A model generated the notes under the pieces. That model did no database searches, was not told the DNA's origin, and saw only the letters and a program-made list of their open reading frames with translations. Below, in pieces: positions 1-9,500 of a DNA stretch of 64,000 nucleotides; position 1 is the stretch's first letter, and the number at the start of each line of letters is the position of its first letter. The translations under genes and the position numbers were made by a program. The DNA comes from Parcubacteria group bacterium GW2011_GWC1_36_108 (GTDB lineage: Bacteria; Patescibacteriota; Minisyncoccia; Moranbacterales; GWC2-37-73), in contig LBRD01000008.1 in assembly GCA_000991245.1 (NCBI GenBank), forward strand, positions 1,686-65,685, given 5' to 3'.

Positions 1-99
1 AAGTGCACCAATAAGCGTCGGAACAAAAACAATAAACCTAACCCAAAGATCAATGAGAGATGTCGCGATTGCCTGCCCCCACGTTTGTACTGGATTCAT
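1..99 (-). CDS. 5' part of a conserved TM-helix / small-conductance mechanosensitive channel-like membrane protein (runs off window)
   Basis: Manual translation from ATG at 99: MNPVQTWGQAIATSLIDLWVRFIVFVPTLIGAL, resembling the N-terminus of CmpX/MscS TM-helix proteins; not in ORF track because truncated. Confidence 0.6.
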   Translation of the reverse strand, partial: MNPVQTWGQAIATSLIDLWVRFIVFVPTLIGAL

Positions 100-126
100 A
101 TTTTTATTTTTTAAAAAAATTATTAA

Positions 127-2739
127 TTATTGTGGAAGAGTTTGAGTTGTTGCACCGTCAGTAGGTTGTGGAGCAGAGATTTCCTCGACGACTGGTGTAG
201 GCTCAGGAACAACTTCGGTATTTAAGTTCTCTGGTTTGTTTTCAATGCCGGCTGCGATATTGCTGATCATTTTTTGAATCTTGTCACGCACATCTTTATT
301 ACTGTCAGCAGGTAATAATTCTAATACTTTTCTATACTGCGCGCTGGCATCAGAATTTCTATTTGTTTTTTCATAAAGAGTTCCTAGTGAAAAATGAGTG
401 TTAATTTCCTTATCATTCTTGCTCAAAATATTTTTATAAATTGTTTCCGCAATTTTATTATCCTCGTCATTACCACGAGCTTGATGGATGCGTGCAGTGT
501 TGTAAACATAATTTAAATTATTTTGTTCCAGCACTGCAGCTTGTTCAATTGATTTTATTGCACCATCCAAATCATTCAAGGCTTCCTGCGTTAAAGCAAA
601 CTGGTAATGCGCGACAGCTAAATCATTTTTCTCATCAATGGCTTTTTGAAATGATTTTTTTGCCTGTTCAATTAATTCATTAGCTTCTTCAGGAGTCTTT
701 TTTGTAGATGCTTGAGACATTTGAATTTGTCCAATCTTCACAAAATATGCAGGATTGTGAGGTTCAAGCTCAAGAGCTTTTTTGTAATTATCTTGAGACA
801 ATGCAAATGAATCAGCAACATACAAACCAGAATTTTCATAAATTTGAGCAAGCGCTTCAACTGCCGCGACATCTTTAGGTGAAAGATTCTTGGCTTGATT
901 TACTGAAGAAATTGAATTATTCAAATAATCTTGAATAAGCCCCAAATTACGTTCACCTTCTCCTTTTAACGTTTCTTCATTTGCTAAACTCATTAATTCC
1001 TGTCCGAGTAAGATATAGTACCGACTTTCTTTATTGTTCAGAGAAATAGCTCCTGCCAATTTTGCGACACTGCCATCAGCAGTAATTTTTTGAGCTCGCA
1101 TCGCACTTGCGGCGCGCATATCAGCCGCATAAATTTTTCCCACAAAGATAAACAAAAATACCACACCAGCACTGACAACCATAAACACAAAAGCCAAGGC
1201 CAGTGCATATTTAGGAGAAGCTTTAAGCGACAACGTAAGGTGATTTTCTTCGGAATCACTTTCGAAAAGCAGCATTGCCACTGCTAAAGAGATAAATAAA
1301 ATTCCTAAAATAATCACCGATCCTTCTATTTTTCCTAAAAATGCATTCACCAACACTACCAGTGAAGCAGAAAAAAGTCCCAATGAATAAAGTTTATTTT
1401 TCTGTTTATTAATACTCAGGAGATAAACTCCAATACTTATAAATGTCAGCACAAGCAAAATCAAGGTGATTGTTCCAATAATTCCAATAGTTGAAAGCGC
1501 TTCAAAGAAAACACCAGCTCCTTGAAAAAATCGCAGATTGTAATATGGATTCAAGTTGAAACTTTGCGGTTTATGCAAAGAAAAATCATATCCATAGGTC
1601 GCTGGACCGCTACCAACCAATAAATTATCCTTCACTGAATTTTTGGTTATCTCCCAAGAAAGTTCACGTGCAGGACTGACTTCTACAGGAAGTTTAACGC
1701 GCGCAATTGAGTTTGAACCAATAATAAGGATTGTCAAAATTGCCACAAATGTTGCCATCGGAAGCCAAGTCCAATTTTCTTTCGGTCTAACAATCTGAGC
1801 TAAAATATAAATCAAGAAAAAACTGACTCCCGCAAGAACGCCCAGCCATGTGACAAAAGAATATAACATTAGCAAGACAAACAGATTTAAAATTAAGGTA
1901 GCAAACAGCACACTAACTGAAGCAACTTTCTTGACACCTTTGGTTTCAACATTCTCCAAAGAAAATATTTTCAAAATAAAAACAAGGATAAATGGAATCA
2001 TTGCCCCTAAAAATATCCCCATTCCCGTGATTGATCCCAGCGGACTAAGTGGCACAAATTGACTGAATTTTTCCGGGATCATAGACACACCCAAAAGATT
2101 AAGCGCCATCCAAACAGCCAAAATAAAATTTGCCGCAATCAAAAAACTGCTAACCAACGCGAATCTTTTTTTATTAAAATGACTAACGATTAAATAATAA
2201 ACGACAACCAAGGCAGTCACATTCATAAATCCGCGCGATGGATCTCCGAAATATCCCCAAAAACTGTGCCATCGGTCAACTGAAAAAAACAATGATACCG
2301 CGTAAGCCAACCAGAAAAGAACAATTGGGATGTCCAGCGGAGTTTTTTTGATTTTCATTTCACCCGTAATCACACCTTTCGAAACCCAGGCAACCAAGGC
2401 AATCAAAAGCCAAGCATAAAAATAAATCTGTTTTTCAAATGAAATTCCTTGCAAAGTAAGACCTGTGAAAAAAAGTGGAATACCAAAAAAGAGTGCGACC
2501 AAACTAATAGTGATAATGCTATCCAAAAAACCAATCATTCTTGGTTGTTGCGGATCTGTTTTTTCCGACTGTGGCTGCTCTTTTTTCTCACTAAACATAC
2601 TCTTAAAGTGCGTGCCGCTAGAAATTGAAACATTCGCCGCTTCCTTTCGAAACTCATCATTGTTTGGAGCATTTTTTGCTGGAACTTCAGAAACACCTTC
2701 ATTTCCACTTTTTTGGCTTGATTGAATTTGAATATTCAT
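127..2739 (-). CDS. Polytopic membrane protein, O-antigen ligase/Wzy_C-like, with C-terminal TPR repeats
   Basis: 870 aa; about 12-13 hydrophobic segments; 'LLVGSGPATYGYDF' loop typical of O-antigen ligase-like proteins; TPR-like helices (YKKALELEPHNP, YRKVLELLP). Confidence 0.75.
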   Translation of the reverse strand: MNIQIQSSQKSGNEGVSEVPAKNAPNNDEFRKEAANVSISSGTHFKSMFSEKKEQPQSEKTDPQQPRMIGFLDSIITISLVALFFGIPLFFTGLTLQGISFEKQIYFYAWLLIALVAWVSKGVITGEMKIKKTPLDIPIVLFWLAYAVSLFFSVDRWHSFWGYFGDPSRGFMNVTALVVVYYLIVSHFNKKRFALVSSFLIAANFILAVWMALNLLGVSMIPEKFSQFVPLSPLGSITGMGIFLGAMIPFILVFILKIFSLENVETKGVKKVASVSVLFATLILNLFVLLMLYSFVTWLGVLAGVSFFLIYILAQIVRPKENWTWLPMATFVAILTILIIGSNSIARVKLPVEVSPARELSWEITKNSVKDNLLVGSGPATYGYDFSLHKPQSFNLNPYYNLRFFQGAGVFFEALSTIGIIGTITLILLVLTFISIGVYLLSINKQKNKLYSLGLFSASLVVLVNAFLGKIEGSVIILGILFISLAVAMLLFESDSEENHLTLSLKASPKYALALAFVFMVVSAGVVFLFIFVGKIYAADMRAASAMRAQKITADGSVAKLAGAISLNNKESRYYILLGQELMSLANEETLKGEGERNLGLIQDYLNNSISSVNQAKNLSPKDVAAVEALAQIYENSGLYVADSFALSQDNYKKALELEPHNPAYFVKIGQIQMSQASTKKTPEEANELIEQAKKSFQKAIDEKNDLAVAHYQFALTQEALNDLDGAIKSIEQAAVLEQNNLNYVYNTARIHQARGNDEDNKIAETIYKNILSKNDKEINTHFSLGTLYEKTNRNSDASAQYRKVLELLPADSNKDVRDKIQKMISNIAAGIENKPENLNTEVVPEPTPVVEEISAPQPTDGATTQTLPQ

Positions 2740-2836
2740 AATACTTTAAAATTGATATTAACTTTTTTAATATATATCAATTTTAACCCTTTTTGAGAAA
2801 AAAGACAATGCGTATGGGTATATATAAGAGGGCATG

Positions 2837-2891
2837 GTAGAGACGCAAAATCTGTCAGGCATTGTAGAGACGCAAAATTTTGCGTCTCTAC
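2837..2891. repeat. GTAG-type REP doublet downstream of RAYT
   Basis: GTAGAGACGCAAAA half-site plus perfect palindrome GTAGAGACGCAAAATTTTGCGTCTCTAC (2864-2891); the 55 bp are identical to 3139-3193. Confidence 0.9.
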
Positions 2892-2899
2892 CGGGTTAT

Positions 2900-3484
2900 C
2901 TATATCCAAACATTTTCAATATTATTCCGGTCACGTTCCCACATTTCAGGGTTTGTTTGGATATATTCACGAATTTTATTCAATGACTCATCATTTCTGA
3001 TGACGTGATCGTAAAATCGAGGTTGCCAGGTAAAATTCAAATCGTTAATTGTTGCATATTTTTTAACACCAATTTTAAACCCACGAATAATGGATGCCAG
3101 ATTTTTTGATTGTGATCCAAATTTATTTTGTGGACACGGTAGAGACGCAAAATCTGTCAGGCATTGTAGAGACGCAAAATTTTGCGTCTCTACGCATTGT
3201 TGAATATTATTCCAATTTATTTCAATAACAACATGCACGTGATTTGGCATGACCACAAATTCAGATGCGTTCGCATGTGGAAAATGTTGTGGGATTTCTT
3301 GCAAACAATTTTCTGCGATTTTTCCAATCTCATTCAAAATCATTTTTCCATCGATAATTTCTCCAAAAAATTCTTCGCGGTTTTTTGTGCAGATCGTGAC
3401 GAAATACATTCCGTTTTGCGCGTAATCATAATTTTGCAAACGGGATGATTGGATGCGGTATTTGTTTTTGAATTTTTCCGGCAT
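2900..3484 (-). mobile_element. REP-associated tyrosine transposase (RAYT, IS200/IS605 Y1 HUH family)
   Basis: YFVTICT, HUH motif MPNHVH, WQPRFYDHVIR and YIQTNP; flanked by GTAG REPs. ATG at 3484 preferred over ORF-track start 3502. Confidence 0.9.
3139..3193. repeat. REP doublet embedded in-frame inside the RAYT gene
   Basis: Identical to 2837-2891; translates as VETQNFASLQCLTDFASL. Confidence 0.9.
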
Positions 3485-3503
3485 GGGTTTTTTGTCGGGC
3501 ACG

Positions 3504-3531
3504 GTAGAGACGCGATTAATCGCGTCTCTAC
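3504..3531. repeat. GTAG-type REP palindrome upstream of RAYT
   Basis: Perfect 28-bp palindrome GTAGAGACGCGATTAATCGCGTCTCTAC; identical copy at 20378-20405. Confidence 0.9.
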
Positions 3532-3540
3532 GGGTTTGGT

Positions 3541-6500
3541 TTATTTTCTAATTGTTGTTGTGCCGGTTTCTCTGACTTCAACTTGTCCGAAATGATAAAG
3601 TTGCCCAATTTCATTGGCGGAAAGGGCGCGGTTGTAGATGCGGACATCGTCGATTTTACCATTAAATGTTCGATCTCCTGCAACATTATTTCCAATTGTC
3701 ATTGCTGTAGAACCTGAGCCAACTACCCCAGTCTTGGCTGCGCTAGCAACAGAAACTCCATCCAGATAAATTGAAACATTCGCTCCATCATACACGCAAT
3801 CAACATGATGCCAGCTATTGTATTTTCCAGAAAGCGGACTAGTTGTGCTTCCAACAGCTGTCACGCCAATATCACATTCAAGATTATTACCAACAAACAA
3901 AAAATTATATGAGCTGCCATTTCCTTTTTCAATAATACGACCAAAGCTAGTTCCTATTCCACTTGTTCTTGGATTTATCCAAGCGCTCAAAGTAAGTTGC
4001 GACATACCATCCAAATTATCTTTATCTGGAACTGTTACTACATTAGTCGCCACGCTAAAATCTGTTCCCTGTCCCAACTTCCCAATCGCTTTGGTTGCAC
4101 CGGAAATTGTGCCGTTATTATTATTTCCAGAAGTGTCTTTGGCAGTTGTGCCGGAAATATCTTTGCCGTCAAAGGTCCAATGCCCGACGAGACCAGCGTC
4201 AAGATTAGGCGATGAAATTTGAGATTGCTGCACAACTTCAGAAAATTCATCAGCGCCGATGTCCCAATCTCCAGCGCGACCTTGCCCGTCAATATCCTCG
4301 CCAAAATGCAAATACGAATCAGCTTGTAAATTTAAACCTGTTTTTCTAGCTACAGTATCAGAAACTGAAAGATGGAAATCCTTATTGGCAGCATCAACAA
4401 AAGCTACTGTGGTTGAATTTTTTGAGTTAGCGCCAGGAGCATCAGCAGCGAGGTCGGAGATGTTGTAATCAGACCCAGCTAAAAATGTACCCTTATACCC
4501 ATCCGTTGAACCTTGCACAATATTATTTTTTGCCACAATAGAGGATCCGGCTAAATCATAAATTCCAGCATTTGTTCCCCCATAAACAGTGTTATTGTAA
4601 GCATACAATGTTTTACCTGCACCATCATAATATCGACAAATTCCTGCACTTCCTCCATAAACAATATTATTATAAACATAAGCAGACTTGGGAGTCGTAC
4701 TTTGCCCATCAATTCTAATACCATAACTTGCCCCATAAGAAGATTTGATAATTGAATTTGAAATTTTTACAGCATTAGGCCCGCTTGAAACATACACGCC
4801 ATCATTACCTATATTAAATTGCAAGCCATCAGCCACAAGATACGATGAATTCAACTGGAAAGAACCGTTCACATCTATTCTAAATTTAGTATCGTCCCAT
4901 TTTCCCTGATGTCTTTGGTTTGTATTTGATTCTGTTGTTGTGCTGACTGGGGTATAAATCTTGATATAATTCGCAGGACTTGTTGTATATGCTGATATTA
5001 TTAAATTTGTATTATTCACACTACCATCGTTATAACAAGGTAGGTTTAATTGATAATTTCCTGTTACTAAATTTGAAGTGTTTAGATAATTCACGCCAGC
5101 CGCATAATTAATGCCATTTCCAATGGCGTAATTAATTAAATTGAAGGTGTGTGCAATTGAATTAACAGTTTGCCCAGTGACATTGGTGGGAGTTGCGCCT
5201 GTTGCGGTGATGAGTTTCCACTGCGATGTCGAAATTTTTTCTGAAATATACGCAACTGATGTTGTGTTGTATGTAACTTTATCACCCACTCCCATGTTCG
5301 TCGCAGTCTGCGCCTCGGAAAAAGTCGCAATGCCCGATGCGATAGTCACCGTTGGTGTGCCGGTTTTATGATCGGTAGTATTTTGCCCGACGGAATAATA
5401 AATTGCGGTTGCGGCTTCATCAGCGCCGATATCCCATATTGTACTTGAAGACGATGGGCGTGTTTGTCCATCGATATCATTGGTGAATGCAAGATTAATA
5501 TCCGCTGATAAGTCAGCGCCGGAATTTTTCGCAGCAGTGTCACTAGTGCTTAAGTGGAAATCTTTATTGGCAGGATCAGCAAAAGCGACGGTGGTGGAAT
5601 TTTTAGAATTGGCACCAGGTGCATCGGCGACAAGATCGGAAATATTATAGTTTGAAGATGGGTGAAAATTAGAACTAGTAAAACCATCGATACAATTTTG
5701 AGCAATATTATTCTTTAAAATAGTGTCCATGTACCCATTAGTATAATATCCGACAATTGCATCTTTGACCGTATTATTGTAAACAACAGCACGCAAAACA
5801 TCGCCACCTGCATTTCCACCAATACCTTTTTTAAAGCCGTAAATGATATTATTCCAAACTTTCAAATTAAAATTTCCGGCAGTCAAATTATATTGGATTC
5901 CAAATATATTTGTTCCACCGCTTCCAGCATACTGAAGTATATTGTTTGAAACATAAGAATTTTTATCCATGTCAATTCCAATTTGATCATAGCCAGATGT
6001 AGATGAGTTTTTTATTTGCAAACCATCAACATGTACGAATTGGTTGTTGATGTTAACATTATATGCACCCACACTTGAAACATTTAGGTTGTATTTTCCA
6101 TCATCCCATTTCCCCTGATGTCTTTGGCTTGCATTTGCTTCGGTTGTCGTGCTTATTGGAGTATAAATTCTGATATAGTTTGCTGGCGCAGTAGTATATC
6201 CTGAAACTGTCACTGCGGTAGTATCCGCAGCACTGTCGTAATAACAAGGAAAATTGAGCTGATAATTTCCAGTGACCAAACCGGTGGTATTCAAATGATT
6301 TACATCAACTGCACCTGTAACTGCAGCTGAAAGAGAAGTGTACTCGTGTTTTATTGAAACCACTGTTGAAGTCGTGATGTCTGCAGGAACTGCACCAGTT
6401 TTTGTAACTAAATTCCAAACTGAAGTGGAGGTTTTTGATGCAATATATGCAATGTCAGTTGTGTTATATGTCACCCTATCCCCAACTCCAATATTTCCAG

Positions 6501-9500
6501 TCTGAGCTGCTGAAAAAGTTGCAACTCCACTTGTAATTGTAATAGTTGGTGTGCCAATTTTAAGGTCAGCAACTGATTGCCCGACAGAATAATAGATTGG
6601 GGCTGCAGCTTCGTCGGCACCAATATCCCATATTGTGCTTGAAGATGATGGACGGGTTTGATTGTCGATGTCAGTCGTGAACAAATATGACGAATCTGAT
6701 GACAAATCTACACCAAAATTGCGTGCAGCAGTGTCGGTAGGAGAAAGATGAAAGTCTTTATTAGCAGCATCTGCAAAAGCGACGGTAGTGGAATTTTTGG
6801 AATTAGCTCCTGGAGCATCAGCAGCGAGATCTGAAATATTATAATCAGAAGTAACATTAAATGTTCCCAAAAAACCATCGCCACAATTTTGAGTAATGTT
6901 GTTTTTTAATACAGCTTGACCAATAGTAGAATGTCGAAATCCAACACTTGCTATCAAACGCAATGTATTATTGTATGCATATGAATTAACACCAGACCAA
7001 CTGTCCAGATTCATACCATTATTAACGTTATTGATTATATTATTAGAAATATATGCTCCTCCTGCAGTTGAGCCATTTGCTGAAATACCTGTGCCATTGT
7101 TAGATGGGAACTCGTCATGGATATAATTACTATCAATGGTAATATATTTTATTCCTGGAAAATACAAAGCGGATGAGGCAAACCCTGGATTTCCAAAATC
7201 AGTAATCTCCAAACCGACAAGTTTTACATATGGAATATTTAAAGCAATCGCATTTCCATTGGTTGAAGGATTAATAAGATAATTAACTCCCGTCGCTTTC
7301 CCTTGATGCCTTTGACTCACATTAACTTCAGTAGTTGTGTTATTTGGGGTATATATTTTTATATAATTTGCAGGACCAGTCGTATATCCATCAACCGTCA
7401 CTACTGTTGTGTCTGCGCCAGAATCATAATAGCAAGGGAAATTAAGTTGATAATTTCCCGCTACCAAATCTGCAGTATTTAAGTGAGTAGCATCAACAGC
7501 ACCAGCTTCTGCAGCGGAAAGTGAGGCGTAGGCGTGAGCGATTGAAGTTACATCTGCATCAGTGACAGCGGTCGGAGCAGCGCCTATTGCGCTTTGACAA
7601 CCCCAGACTGTGGTTGAGGTTTTGTTTGTAATATAGCAAGCTCCACCAGTGTATGTTACCAAATCTCCAACGCCCATATTTGTTGCAGTTTGCGCGACTG
7701 AGAAAGTTGCAGTTCTGGCGGTTGCATCAACTGTAACAGTGCCCGCTCCAGTTTCATGTGAGGTTGTGTTTTGTCCGACGGAATAGAAAATTGCGGTTGC
7801 GGCTTCGTCAGCTCCAATATCCCAAGCATTTATAGTTACATTTCGAGTTTGACCATCTATGTCAGTGTTGAAGGTAAAATTAGAATCCGCTGATAAGTCG
7901 CTACCAGAGTTCTTCGCTGATGTGTCACTAGGACTTAAGTGAAAATCTTTATTAACAGCGTCGGCGAAGGTAACGGTTTGATTTATTTTTGCATTAGCGC
8001 CTAGTGCTGATGCATCTTTAGAAAGATTTTTATTTGAAAGACTTGAATAATTAATCGCTGCGCTTCCGTTTGTACAATAATCATATGAACCATTATTATA
8101 TGACAAATTATTAATAGCAACAATGTCATAATAAGATGACTCGCTAATGCCACAATTACTATTGCCATACAAAGTATTATTATAAACAAATGCGCTATTA
8201 TCAAAATAATTACCAATACCTATACCTTTAGACCAACCATACACAATATTATTGTAAATATAAACTTGCGAACTCGATAAAACATTATTTTCTACTATTA
8301 TGCCACTTTCACTACTAGCACCACCAGTATATTTAATAATATTATTTGAAATATCGACCCCTTTATTAGTACCTCCTACAGAAATACCATCAAACCAAGA
8401 ATTATTACCTGTTTGATCAAGTTGTAATCCAGAAATGTATACGTAATTTATATTTGCCAATATTAAATCCATGCTACCACTACGCAAAACATATCTCCCA
8501 TCATCCCATTTCCCTGAATGTCTTTGCGAATTATTCGCTTCAGTTGTAGTGTTGTTTGGTGTATAAATTTTAATATTATTTGATGGCGAAGTTATGTACC
8601 CAGAAACAGTTACCGTAGTTGTATCCGCACCAGAATCATAATAACAAGGAAAATTAAGCTGATAATTTCCAGCAACCAAATCTGTAGTATTTAAATGGGT
8701 GGCATCAACAGCGCCAGCTTCGGCAGCTGAAAGTGAAGAGTACGCGTGTGTGATTGAAACTACAGTTGAATCGGTTATATTAGCAGGAATTCCTCCTGTA
8801 GCGGTTACTAAATTCCAAACAGAAGTAGAAGTTTTTGAGGAGATATATGCAACATCGGTTGTGTTATATGTGACTTTGTCGCCCACTCCCATATTTGTGG
8901 CAGTTTGAGCCACAGAAAAAGTTGCAACTCCAGATGCAATAGTCACGGTTGGCGAACCAGTTTTATGATCATTTGTGTTTTGTCCGACAGAATAATAGAT
9001 TGCAGTGGCAGCCTGATCCGCACCAATGTCGTAGAGACGTCCATTTATGGCGTCTCGCCCCTGTCCATCTATATCAGTCGTGACCGGAAGATTAGCATCC
9101 GCACTCAAATCCGCGCCAGCATTTTTGGCAGCAGTGTCATTTGGAGAAAGGTGGAAGTCTTTATTGGCAGCGTCGGCGAAGGACACAATCGTCTCAATTT
9201 GATCTTGCGCACCGCCTGTATTTGAAGAATCATCAGAAATATTATAGTTAGAAGCAGAATCAAAACTACTAGCGTACGCACTACCTCCTGTGTTTTGCAC
9301 AATGCAATTTTTAATAAGCGGACTATATCCTTCAGTATATATTCCATTTTCAGAGCCGCCAGAACCATAAACGGTATTATTATAAAATACGTTTTGGACA
9401 CTTCCTCCGAATCTTAATGCAACAACCCTGCTTGCTGAGGAACCGTAAAAAATAGAATTCTTTACGCTAGAACCATCTGTACCATATAACTGAATAGCGT

